From contig CAXWPH010000001.1 of assembly GCA_963666055.2 (NCBI GenBank), forward strand, positions 32,001-96,000: DNA of 64,000 bases. Direction: 5' to 3'. Each line of letters opens with the position of its first letter. Position 1 is the stretch's first letter. The notes below the pieces were generated by a model. It worked only from the letters and a program-made list of their open reading frames with translations, was not told the origin of the DNA and made no database searches. The stretch comes from Acidobacteriota bacterium. Lineage in GTDB: Bacteria > Acidobacteriota > UBA890 > WLXD01. Of this stretch, positions 20,483 to 30,062 are shown piece after piece. The translations under genes were made by a program, and so were the position numbers.

Positions 20483-21922
20483 ATGGGCCACCGAACGGGT
20501 TGTTCTGACGATCAAAGCAAAGTCACCAAGGTGAGCCGGCGCGACTTCGCACGCTCGTCGGTGGTTGCCGGCGCCGTGGCAGCAACACTCTCCACCCCGC
20601 TGCGCGCCAACACCGCCGAAGCGGCAGGCGGGGGTCTCGGGCAAAGGCGCGGCAGATTCCCGGACGGCTGGCGCCCGGGCACGACGATCCCCGCCAAGTA
20701 CTACCTGGACGAGGAGATCTACCTGAAGGACGAGGCCATTATCAAAGATAACCTGTGGTTGCTAGCCGATCACGAGAGCCGCATTCCCAACGCCGGGGAC
20801 TACTTCGTTTTCGCGTATGGGCGTAGCGACAGCATCATCGTGGTACGGAACAACGAGGGAACGGTCAACGCGTTTCACAATGTCTGTCGCCATCGCGGAT
20901 CACGTCTTTGTCGTCACGATGCGGACTCGGTTCCGGCCGATCCGCGTCTCTCCGTCAAGCAGCTCGGCCAGGAAGGCAGCTCCCCGGTGTTTCGCTGCCC
21001 GTACCACGCCTGGACCTACGACATCGACGGCAACCTGATCTACGCCTACGGCATGCAGGATGACTTCGATCCGGCGGCGAACGGCCTACAGCCCTGCAAT
21101 GTCAGGACTTACGAGGGTCACATCTTCTTGCACCTCGGTGAGGGTGCGGCTCCAGACTTCGAACCGACGGTTCGGGCTATCCGAGGGCTCAGTCGGCGCC
21201 ACGGCACGGCGCAGCTCAAGATCGCCGCCCGACGGCAGTACACGGTGCGCGGCAACTGGAAGCTCGCTGTAGAGAACTTCCTCGAGTGCTATCACTGCGG
21301 ACCGGCCCATCAGTCGCTGGTGACAGCCCATGACTGGGACTATGCGCTCTCCAAGGAGCAACGGGCCGAGTTCGAGAAGAACCTGGATACCTGGGTCACC
21401 GGCGAGGCCCGCCCCGGAGCCGGTGGTGGAGGCATGGGCGGAGGCAGCATCGCCGACGGCTTGCAGACCGATGCCGGCGTCGGACGTGGTTTCCTCAATC
21501 CGGGAGTCGAGACCGGATCACTGGATGGCAACCGGGTGGCGCCGCTGCTGCCGACGTTCGACAAGCCGACGCACGGGTTCCGGGAAGCCGAGACAGGATG
21601 GGATACCGCGTACTGGGCTGCTTACGACGATTACGTGGCGATCGCGCGGTTCACACCTCGGGACGTGGAGCTCAGCGACTGCGAGATCCTGTGGCTGGTA
21701 CATCCGGACGCGCAGGAAGGTCGCGACTACGACGTCGAGGCGTTGATCGGCCTGTGGCACGTCACGATCCTGGAAGACATCTGGATCGTCGAGAACAACC
21801 ATGCCGGTGTGCGGTCCGGCGCGTATCGATCCGGACGCTACGCCATCCACGAAGGTCCTCCCGTACGGTTCGCCCGCTGGTACATGGGAGTCCACCGTGG
21901 TGACGACCCTGGCTCGGTCTGA
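20483..21922 (+). CDS. Rieske non-heme iron oxygenase alpha subunit (GbcA/choline/stachydrine demethylase-like) with a Tat-type signal
   Basis: NVCRHRG..CPYHAW Rieske ligands; NWKLAVENFLECYHCGPAH..ED mononuclear Fe site; N-terminal SRRDF; AGGAG RBS. Confidence 0.88.
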   Translation: MGHRTGCSDDQSKVTKVSRRDFARSSVVAGAVAATLSTPLRANTAEAAGGGLGQRRGRFPDGWRPGTTIPAKYYLDEEIYLKDEAIIKDNLWLLADHESRIPNAGDYFVFAYGRSDSIIVVRNNEGTVNAFHNVCRHRGSRLCRHDADSVPADPRLSVKQLGQEGSSPVFRCPYHAWTYDIDGNLIYAYGMQDDFDPAANGLQPCNVRTYEGHIFLHLGEGAAPDFEPTVRAIRGLSRRHGTAQLKIAARRQYTVRGNWKLAVENFLECYHCGPAHQSLVTAHDWDYALSKEQRAEFEKNLDTWVTGEARPGAGGGGMGGGSIADGLQTDAGVGRGFLNPGVETGSLDGNRVAPLLPTFDKPTHGFREAETGWDTAYWAAYDDYVAIARFTPRDVELSDCEILWLVHPDAQEGRDYDVEALIGLWHVTILEDIWIVENNHAGVRSGAYRSGRYAIHEGPPVRFARWYMGVHRGDDPGSV

Positions 21923-22117
21923 AGGGGACCGCTGCAGCATCCCCGACTGATAGCTTCTACGCGGCGAACGAGGCGTCCGCCTGTCGCGACGCGTTAAGTC
22001 GTAGCGACGTGTAGCCGTGCTGACAGGAGCACCGGCGAGCACGCTTGGGCCCGCTTGGCGTTCGCACTAGCCTGGTAGTGAAGCCCCCCGCACTCGACGC
22101 ACCAATGGAGAGTCGGA

Positions 22118-23212
22118 TTGACCCTCGACGCCTCGCTACGTATCGCCGCTTTGGTGACGGTCACGCTGCTACCGGCCAACGCTGCAGCCCAGTGCCTCGT
22201 CCCGGAAGCCGGCATCGTGAGCGGCGCGGCGCGCGACGCCATCCCGGCACTGACCAACCCGGAGACGCTTTCCGCCGCCGAAGCCGACCTCCTTCTGGCA
22301 CCTACTGATATGGTGCTCGGCGTAGTCCAAAACGGCGAGGCGCGAGCCTATCCGATGCGCCTCCTGTGGTGGCACGAGATCGTCAACGACGTGCTCGGCG
22401 GTGTCCCGATCGCTGTGAGCTATTGCCCGCTCACCGGCAGCGGCTTGGTATACGACCCCGTCCTCGACGGCCAGCATGTGATCTTCGGTACGTCCGGTCT
22501 ACTGTTCGACAACAACCTCATCATGTACGACCGAACGTCGCTGAGCCTATGGTCGCAGATGATGGTGAGCGGCATCTGCGGGTCGTATATCTCGCACCGG
22601 CCAAGCCTCTACCCTGTCACGGAGACCACATGGGCTGGCTGGAGGGCAATGCATCCCGACACCACGGCGATCAGCTTCGACACCGGCTACTCGCGCGACT
22701 ACAACCGCTATCCATACGGCGACTACGATACCGTTAGCAGTACACGGCTCCTTTTCCCTCACAGCTTCATCGACGACCGCCTGCCGCTCAAGGCGCTGGT
22801 ACACGGGATCGCGCACGACGGCACGGCGCGGGCCTATCCGCTCGACGATCTGACCGCCTCGGAGAGTCGCCTGGCGTTGAACGATCAGATCAACGGGCGG
22901 GCCTTGCTGGTGGTAGTCGACCGCGTCCGCCGCATGGTCGTCTCCTTCGATCGCCGGGTTCGCTTCCGCAACAGCAGGGGAAAGTGGAGGACGAAGAAGT
23001 TCATCTTCGATATCGTCGACGGCGGCGGCTTTCCGCTTCTCCTCAAAGACCGCCAAACGGGATCTACCTGGAATCTGCAGGGCGTGCCCGTCGGCGGTGA
23101 GCTCGTCGGCAACGTGGAGGGCGGAGGCCTGGCGCGAATCGCCGATGCACACAACGCGTTCTGGTTCGCCTGGGCGTCGTTCCATCGCGACACTCAGATC
23201 TACGGGCAGTAG
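22118..23212 (+). CDS. secreted DUF3179-family protein
   Basis: Signal peptide, RDAIPAL, WHEIVND, SYCPLTGS, FGTSGLL..NNLIMYDR, FWFAWASFH. Confidence 0.85.
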   Translation: MTLDASLRIAALVTVTLLPANAAAQCLVPEAGIVSGAARDAIPALTNPETLSAAEADLLLAPTDMVLGVVQNGEARAYPMRLLWWHEIVNDVLGGVPIAVSYCPLTGSGLVYDPVLDGQHVIFGTSGLLFDNNLIMYDRTSLSLWSQMMVSGICGSYISHRPSLYPVTETTWAGWRAMHPDTTAISFDTGYSRDYNRYPYGDYDTVSSTRLLFPHSFIDDRLPLKALVHGIAHDGTARAYPLDDLTASESRLALNDQINGRALLVVVDRVRRMVVSFDRRVRFRNSRGKWRTKKFIFDIVDGGGFPLLLKDRQTGSTWNLQGVPVGGELVGNVEGGGLARIADAHNAFWFAWASFHRDTQIYGQ

Positions 23213-23218
23213 GGTGTG

Positions 23219-23647
23219 TCAAGGTTCATCGGCGTTCCGAACGTCAGCGTTGGCTATGGCCAATTGCTGGCCGCTCCGTAGGCGGCGATAGTCGTCGCCA
23301 TCGACGACCAACACCGGCAACTCGGTGTCGTAGAGCTCTCCGGCGATCATTGCCGCCACCAGGATGGTGACGTCGGGCTGCGGCAGAATCACGGCGGCGG
23401 GACCGTTACCGAGTTGAAGAGCGTCGACCAGCGCCCCTGGGGAGCTGGTGCTGCCACGCGTGCCCGGCATGACCAGTATTCTCCCGGCGACACATTCGCC
23501 ACACTGTGGATGATGCTCATCGACGATGCGGCCGGATTTGGGATCGAGGCCGCCCCAGAAGCTCAACGGCTCCTCCAGGACAAGCGTCTCAGCGCGGCAC
23601 TCGCCGCCGAGCAGAACGTCGGTGACGCGCATGACCTCAGCCGCCAT
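23219..23647 (-). CDS. aconitase X swivel-domain subunit (DUF126)
   Basis: LSFWGGLDPKSGRIVDEHHPQCGECVAGRILV..RGSTS; overlaps the end of the catalytic subunit gene. Confidence 0.85.
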   Translation of the reverse strand: MAAEVMRVTDVLLGGECRAETLVLEEPLSFWGGLDPKSGRIVDEHHPQCGECVAGRILVMPGTRGSTSSPGALVDALQLGNGPAAVILPQPDVTILVAAMIAGELYDTELPVLVVDGDDYRRLRSGQQLAIANADVRNADEP

Positions 23648-24917
23648 CGGCCCAGAACTCCGTATCGGAGGCAATGCGGCCGCTCACAGCAGCTCGCACA
23701 CAGTCTTCCAGGCTCGCAAACGTCGGCCGAGATCCCAGACCGCCGGCCGCGTAGTAAGCCCACTTGGCGGAGTTGGTTACCACGCGCCCGTCGCAACCGG
23801 CGACCAAAGGCGCGTAGTAGGTACAGCGCCCAGTCACCGGGGCAACCCCGGCGGCGCGCAGCAGGTCGAGCCAGCCGTGATCCTCGACCTGCCCGAGCAC
23901 GTGGTCGCTGGTCGATACGTAGAAGCGCACTCCTTTGCGGACATGCACCCCTTCCAGCAACGGCATCAGCTGCTCGAACTCGGCCAGCGAGAAGTGTGGC
24001 GTTCCGAGGCACACTGCGCCCACCTCGCCGCCATCGCTGGCGCCGAGTTGCTCTGCGGCGGCGCGAAGCTCGCCCGAGCCGGGGCACATCCGCGTCCTCG
24101 GAACTCGTCCCTGGCTCGCTTCCTCGAGCGTTGGCGCCTCCGGCGTGATACCGACAGCGTGGAAGAGCTTCAGCGAACCCGATGCGGCGCCAGCGGAGCC
24201 GATGGCGCGGAGCTGCTCGGTGCGAGTCGTCAACGGCAGGCCGACAATCGCCGGAACTTCGTTGCCCACGGTCCGTCCGATGAGGAACCCGAGCACTTGA
24301 AAGAAACGGTCATCGGCGAGCCAGGTCGCGGGGAGGCGCTCGAGCTCCACCACAACGGTCGCGCGCCGATTCTCCGTCCGATGCAGCCCGGTGTCTGGAA
24401 CACGCCCGGTGATCGCCGCGCACATATCCAAGAACTCGACGTAGGCGTTCGTCCGCGCGCCCAGAATCGAGTTGGCATAGACCACCGCGCTCGACTCGGT
24501 CCACGCGACGTGCTCGCCAGGCTTGGGTTCGGCACGCACGTGGTACGGAGCACAGGTCATCGTGGGGCGACAGCCCATCTGCTCGTAGAGCTCGATCAGA
24601 CGGAGGCTCGCCTTCCGGTCAGCCGGCTCGGAGTCCGCGAGTCGCTGCAGGTTCAAGGAGCAGCTGGTCAGCGTGGTCGGGACCGTAACCCGCGTACTGA
24701 GCTCGATGAGCTTTTCCGCAAAGTCGATATTCGCCTGGCCGTTGTTGTAGGAGCTGCCGACGTGCGCCCAAGTAATGTCGATCAATCGTGGCGCACGCGT
24801 CGCTTCCGCCACCCGGACGATAAGCCGCATGGCAAGCTGAGCACCGGCTCCGCGGCCACCTGTCAGGGTTGCCTGGTCGGCAGCCGTGAGCTCCATTTTG
24901 CTAGTGCTGCTGATCAT
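23637..24917 (-). CDS. aconitase X catalytic subunit (DUF521; cis-3-hydroxyproline dehydratase/mevalonate-phosphate dehydratase family)
   Basis: TCAPY, AWTESSAVVYANSILGARTN, CAAITGRVP, LFHAVGITPEA, LGTPH, TNSAKWAYY. Confidence 0.87.
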   Translation of the reverse strand: MISSTSKMELTAADQATLTGGRGAGAQLAMRLIVRVAEATRAPRLIDITWAHVGSSYNNGQANIDFAEKLIELSTRVTVPTTLTSCSLNLQRLADSEPADRKASLRLIELYEQMGCRPTMTCAPYHVRAEPKPGEHVAWTESSAVVYANSILGARTNAYVEFLDMCAAITGRVPDTGLHRTENRRATVVVELERLPATWLADDRFFQVLGFLIGRTVGNEVPAIVGLPLTTRTEQLRAIGSAGAASGSLKLFHAVGITPEAPTLEEASQGRVPRTRMCPGSGELRAAAEQLGASDGGEVGAVCLGTPHFSLAEFEQLMPLLEGVHVRKGVRFYVSTSDHVLGQVEDHGWLDLLRAAGVAPVTGRCTYYAPLVAGCDGRVVTNSAKWAYYAAGGLGSRPTFASLEDCVRAAVSGRIASDTEFWADGG

Positions 24918-24941
24918 CGGCACGGTGACGTTTACAGGCCC

Positions 24942-26275
24942 CTAGTAGTACTCGAGATAGCGATCAACCTCCCATTCAGAGACCTGGCGCTGGTACTCGC
25001 CCCACTCCATGTCCTTGACCTTGAGGAACTCGTCGATGAACGCGCCGCCGAGCTGCTCGCGAAACAGCGAGTCGGCCTCGAGGGCGTCGAGTGCGGCGCG
25101 CAGGCTCTGCGGCAGAATGCCGACGCCGAGCTTCACGAGCTCGTCGATCGGTGTCGTGTAATGGTTGAAGTTCTGCGGCTCACCTGGATCGAGCTCACCA
25201 TCGATTCCGTCGAGACCCGCGGCAACGATCGCGGCCGTGGCAACGTACGGATTACAGCTGCCGTCCGGCAAGCGCAGCTCGAGCCGACCATGCGGTACGC
25301 GCACCATGCTCGAGCGGTTGTTGTCGCCATATGAGATGTAGGCTGGCGCCCATGTGGCCCCCGAAAGCGTGTTGCCAACGACGAGGCGCTTGTAGGAATT
25401 GACCGACGGTGCACAGAGCGCCGCCAGAGCCGGGGCGTGCTCTAGCAGACCGCCCAGGAAGCTGTAGGCGAGCCTCGACAGACCGAGGCTACGCTCGTCT
25501 GACTCGTCGCTGAACAGCGGCGTGCCATCGCGGTCGTCAATCGACAGGTGGAAATGCGTGCCGCTCCCGGTACGCCGCGTCACCGGTTTGGGCATGAACG
25601 AGCAAATAATGCCGAGCTCTCTGGCGATCTCCCCAGCCGCCATGCGGAAGAAGACGTAGCGATCGGCGGAGGTCATCGCGTCTGTGTAGGTGTAGTTGAT
25701 CTCGAACTGGCCGTTGCCGTCCTCGTGATCGATCTGGTACACGTCGAAGCCCACCGGTACCAGCGCGTCGACGAGCTTTTCGATGAAGGTTGTGCTCCTC
25801 GACAGACCTTTGTAGTCGTAGCATGGCTTGTCGAGCCGATCCGTGGGATCCGCTGGGCCGAGCGAGCCGTCCTCTGCGCGCCGCAGCAGCATGAACTCGG
25901 GCTCAATACCGGTGTTGAGTGTCCAGCCGCGATCTGCGAGGCGAGCCAGTTGCTGACCGGCAATGTGACGCGTGTCCAGCGGCCAGGGTTGACCGTTCAC
26001 ATGGCCGACGCAGACGACACGCGCGAAACCCGCCTGCCAGGGCACCAGGCTCAGCGTCGACGGGTCCCCACTGCCATGAAGTCGGGGTCGTGCGGCTCCT
26101 GACCGAGGCCCCAGACGGCAAAACCCGCGAAGCCTGCGCCGTCGGTGAGAACATCCTCGTAGTGACTCGCCGGAACCGCCTTTGTCTTCGCCACCCCATG
26201 AATGTCGACGAACTGAGCCAGAACGAACTTCACTCCGTTCTTCTCGAAGAAGGATGCCGCGTCTTTGCCTGTCAT
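24942..26275 (-). CDS. gmaS: type III glutamine-synthetase-family ligase, gamma-glutamylmethylamide synthetase (GmaS/GlnT)-like; one frameshift
   Basis: [25 protein letters not shown] joins [11 protein letters not shown] if one base is restored in the C4 run at 26066-26069; [26 protein letters not shown] and YGDNNRS follow. Confidence 0.75.
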
Positions 26276-26476
26276 GGTCTCCACCGATTTAGCAGGGTGC
26301 TCAAGAAAACTCTGGCGGGCCGGCAACCCCAACGCCCTGAAGAGTTACGGGGTCTTGCGGCCATCTGCCTCGTTGAGCCCCCTGGACGATACAACAAGCA
26401 TCGCCTGCGTCGTGCGGCCAACGGGCGAGAACCTTGCTCGGTCTCATCCGCTGCCGCGTTCGCCGTTGCCAGCCCG

Positions 26477-27115
26477 CTAGAAGGGCACGATGGCGCGCAG
26501 ATTGGCCGCCATATTGCGGCTGGCAACGAGCGGCGTTCCATCTCCGAGCATGACGCGGTAACGGCCCCCGAACCAGCGCTGGATCTCGCGCACGTGGTCG
26601 ATGTTGACCAGCGTGGCCCGATGGATGCGGATGAACTGCTGTGGGTCGAGCCGACGGGCCAGTTGCACCAGGGTGAAGTCGACGATGTGGCTCTTGGCCG
26701 CCGTGGTTGCCGCATAGACTAGCTTGTCCTGAGCGTAGAAGTGGGTCACCTCTTCGACCGGTAGCACCAACGTACGGTCGCCGATGCGGATGCCCAGCCG
26801 GCGCAAGAATCCCTCTGCAGCGGCAGCCGTCGATCTCTCCACCAGACGTTGTACTCGCTCGAGGAGGTCCGCCTGGCGCTGTCCGGAGTGGTATCGACGG
26901 ACCTTTTCGAGCGCCCGTCCGAGCCCCTCGGAATCGACCGGCTTGAGCAGATAATCGACGCTTGCTACTTGGAACGCCTCGAATGCGAACTCGTCGTAAG
27001 CGGTGGTGAATATCACCAGCGGGCTTTCTTCGAGCTCGCGCAGTAAGTCGAAGGCGGTGGCACCGCGGAGCCGAATATCGAGCAGCAGCAGGTCGGGATG
27101 GGAAGCGGCAATGAC
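26477..27115 (-). pseudogene. LytR/AlgR-type response regulator lacking the N-terminal part of the receiver domain
   Basis: PDLLLLDIRL, IFTTAYDEFA..VDYLLKP and LytTR FIRIHRATLVN are present; homology begins abruptly at VIAASHPD with no start codon or acidic pocket. Confidence 0.7.
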
Positions 27116-27510
27116 CGAGGTAGCGGCGGACGAGTCGCATTCCGCTGCCGCCCTCTGAGCCAACCGGTTCGTCTGCTCGGCCGGCGCAGGCGAACCCCGG
27201 CCCATTGTCGCGGATCTCGATCCGTATCGTGTCGCCCTCGGCCCGCACCAGGATCTCGACCTCACCGCGACCCTCCGATCGTGAAGCGCCATGCTTGACC
27301 GCGTTTTCGACCAGCGGCAGCAGCAGCATGCCCGGCACCGCGATGCCGGCCAACTCGTCGGGACAGTCGATACGAGACCAGAGCTGGTCACCGAACCGGT
27401 GTTGCTCGATGCTCAGATAGTCGGCGGCAGCATCGAGCTCGCTGCGTAGGGCAACGGTCTCCGCCTCGCCGATCTGAAGCGCCTGCCGGAAGTGGCGTGA
27501 CAGCGCCAGC
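27116..27510 (-). pseudogene. LytS/YehU-type histidine kinase fragment
   Basis: LSRHFRQAL..SELDAAADYLSIEQHRFGDQL..LPLVENAVKHG..IRDNGPG..GSGM; sensor and H-box are missing and the C-terminus is cut at the regulator junction. Confidence 0.7.
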
Positions 27511-27724
27511 TTGCCCTCTTGCCGTTGCTGTGCACCGACTGATGCGATCGGGGAGATCGGACACCCTCACGGTACGAGAGAGCGGGCGGTTACCATCAGC
27601 CTTTGCGGACGAAGTGCAAGGAGACGCTGACCAACGGGGGTAAGGCCCTGCTGAGAGGGAGCACGTGATCTACTCTTTGACCCGTCACACTTCCACCACG
27701 GGCTGCTAGGACGCGTCGCCTGCC

Positions 27725-28270
27725 ATGGCAACCTTGCTGCAAGAAGAGTTCATCGCCTGGCAATGCAGGGTGCGGAAAGAAGCGGTTCGCATGTATGGCG
27801 GACGGCCGCGTGCCGGTATGCGCCCCGGCGTGGCGCGAACGGACGGCAGCCTGATATCCGAGATCACCGTTCTGTTAGCCGAAGAGGATCCCGAGGTGCA
27901 CACCGGCTTCTTCCGCCACATCGTCCGCCAAACGCCGGATCCGAAGAAACGCTACGAAAGCGCCATCAAGCTGCTAGCTGCGGAGTACTACAACCGGCCC
28001 GAGAGGTTCTCGGGCATGCTCACGGCGCAGTTTGCCCACGATTCGGCAATAGCCTCCGAGCTGGTCGAAGCCGGTCGTTGCGTGCTGGCGTTCGCGCAAG
28101 GGGCGCGTGCGTATGGGCTACCTAGCGCTGTCGAAGAGTTTGTCTCTTCCGACGCCAACCACCAGGCGACCTGTTGGCACAACCACCTGTTCAATCCGTG
28201 CCCGCCCGACAAGATCCGGGTGCTCGGGTTCAGGCCCATCTGGGCAAAGGGTTGGAGGCTGAACCGCTAG
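27725..28270 (+). CDS. hypothetical protein
   Basis: 181-aa ORF with natural composition (FIAWQCRVR, WHNHLFNP) filling the gap, convergent on the methylamine cluster. Confidence 0.7.
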   Translation: MATLLQEEFIAWQCRVRKEAVRMYGGRPRAGMRPGVARTDGSLISEITVLLAEEDPEVHTGFFRHIVRQTPDPKKRYESAIKLLAAEYYNRPERFSGMLTAQFAHDSAIASELVEAGRCVLAFAQGARAYGLPSAVEEFVSSDANHQATCWHNHLFNPCPPDKIRVLGFRPIWAKGWRLNR

Positions 28271-28311
28271 CTTGGCTGCCAGTGAAGGGCTTCCTGCCCG
28301 TGCCTCGATCG

Positions 28312-28596
28312 CTAGCCGGCGCTGTCGTCGCCTGTCGTGCCGACAGGCAGTGACTCGGCGTGCTCGTAGCACTGAGGCGCCCCGGCGATGATCGTCGACC
28401 GCAGGTCGGCCTGCGATGCCAGCGCTCGGGCTTCCTTCTCGTAAGTACGTGCCTCGAGCCTCAGCTGCCAGATCATGTAGACGATGGTCAGTGCGAACGA
28501 CACGACAAAGAGCGCTATCTCGAGACCGACGAACGGGTACATCGGTCCGATCTCCAGCGGGTTGCCAAGCCAGTTCTCGATCAGTCCTGTTTGCAT
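28312..28596 (-). CDS. small single-TM membrane protein downstream of amt
   Basis: MQTGLIENWLGNPLEIGPMYPFVG followed by a hydrophobic helix; AGGAG RBS overlapping the amt stop. Confidence 0.75.
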   Translation of the reverse strand: MQTGLIENWLGNPLEIGPMYPFVGLEIALFVVSFALTIVYMIWQLRLEARTYEKEARALASQADLRSTIIAGAPQCYEHAESLPVGTTGDDSAG

Positions 28597-28600
28597 TCTC

Positions 28601-29992
28601 CTAGCCCCCGGCGACGCGCAGCTCTTCGCCGACGAGTTCGCCGAACGCCGCGGTCTCATCAGCCAGCACTTGATGATCCAGACCCGCCAGCTCGATGGCG
28701 CGTGGGATACGCAGCATATCGAACTTCTTCAAGACCGCGCCGAGGACGAAACACGGCGCAAATCCCAGCACGAAGAACATGATGAAGGCCCCCGCAAGCT
28801 GACCCCACGGTGTGATGTTGGCGAACTCGGGGTTCGGTGAGCTCGGGTACCCCCAGAGCATGAATCCGGCGATCACCACACCGAGCACGCCGGCGTAGCC
28901 ATGCACCGCGACCGCGCCTACCGCGTCGTCGATCTTGAACCTCCTCTCCACCCAGTGGTGCAGCTTATACAAGCACAGCACTCCGAACGCGCCGATGAGC
29001 AGCGCTTGCAGCGGATGGTAGAGGTCGTTGCCCGCGGAAGCGGTGATGATGCCCGCGAGGCCGCCCGAGAACGTCCAGTAGGGATCGCCCTTGGAGACGA
29101 AGTAGCCGGCGAACAGCCCGCCTGACAGCGACATTAGGAAGTTGAAGGTGATCGCGCTCAGCGTCGTCGGCGTGAGGTAGATCGTCGTCGCCGCGAAGAA
29201 GGTACGGGCAGAGTCCGGATCGATGTCGATGATCGGGATGTTGCACGCCGCGTAGAAGCCCCAGAAGCCGGTGTAAATCATGAACAGGCCGATAATCACC
29301 AGCCAGCTGTTTTGCGGCGGAAACGCTCGCGCTGTGCCATCGGAACGGAACCGTCCGATACGCGGCCCGAGGTGGTAGAGAACGGCCAACGCCGAGCCGC
29401 CGCTGATGGCATGGATCACGCCTGACGCGTAGGCGTCGTGATACCCGAGCAGTCGCACCATCCAGCCCTCACCGGACCAGCCCCAGGCAGCGTCGACGAC
29501 CCAGGTGATCGAGCCCAGCATGATGGCGAAGAGCCAGAAAGCGCTCGATCGAATGCGCTCGATGACAGCGCCGGAAAGGATCGAAGCGCAGGTCCAGGAG
29601 AACAGCAGGAACGCTCCGAAGAACACGCCGTTGAGGCGCGCCCAGGTCGCCGCGTCGCCCGGAGTCACCCCCGCCTGAACCGGTTGGCCACCCATGTGGG
29701 TGCCCATGAGCTCGCTCCATGGGAGCGCGAACGGAGCGGAGATCAAGCCGCCGGTAATGCCCGGTCCATTCTGCAGCGCGAAATAGATCCACCATCCGAA
29801 GAAGAAGAACGTCACGGTGATCAACGGAATCACCATCGCATTCTTCATCAAGGTGTGCATCATGTTCTTCTGGCGCGACACCCCGACCTCGTACAGGCAG
29901 AACCCGACATGGATCAGGAACATCAGGACGATGCAGACCCAGTAGTAGAACTCCGTGAAGATGACGGTAAGGGCGGTGAGCTCGTTTTCCAT
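28601..29992 (-). CDS. amt: Amt-family ammonium/methylammonium transporter
   Basis: About 11 TM segments; SGAVIER, twin His (GVIH, AVAVHG), LGPRIGRF, IDDAVGA. Confidence 0.9.
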   Translation of the reverse strand: MENELTALTVIFTEFYYWVCIVLMFLIHVGFCLYEVGVSRQKNMMHTLMKNAMVIPLITVTFFFFGWWIYFALQNGPGITGGLISAPFALPWSELMGTHMGGQPVQAGVTPGDAATWARLNGVFFGAFLLFSWTCASILSGAVIERIRSSAFWLFAIMLGSITWVVDAAWGWSGEGWMVRLLGYHDAYASGVIHAISGGSALAVLYHLGPRIGRFRSDGTARAFPPQNSWLVIIGLFMIYTGFWGFYAACNIPIIDIDPDSARTFFAATTIYLTPTTLSAITFNFLMSLSGGLFAGYFVSKGDPYWTFSGGLAGIITASAGNDLYHPLQALLIGAFGVLCLYKLHHWVERRFKIDDAVGAVAVHGYAGVLGVVIAGFMLWGYPSSPNPEFANITPWGQLAGAFIMFFVLGFAPCFVLGAVLKKFDMLRIPRAIELAGLDHQVLADETAAFGELVGEELRVAGG

Positions 29993-30062
29993 GGCTCCTC
30001 GGTGTCCTGCGTCAGACGGTCGTGGTGTTCAGCGGGTCGTCAGGCCCCGATCAACCTAGTGA

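Noticed and set aside
22118-23212. Possible selenoprotein in the DUF3179 family
   Set aside because: The motif reads SYCPL with a TGC codon and the ORF has no in-frame TGA.
26060-26075. Programmed frameshifting in gmaS, parA or the serine hydrolase
   Set aside because: The indels sit in short homopolymer or dinucleotide runs in unrelated genes with no slippery heptamer; sequencing error is more parsimonious.
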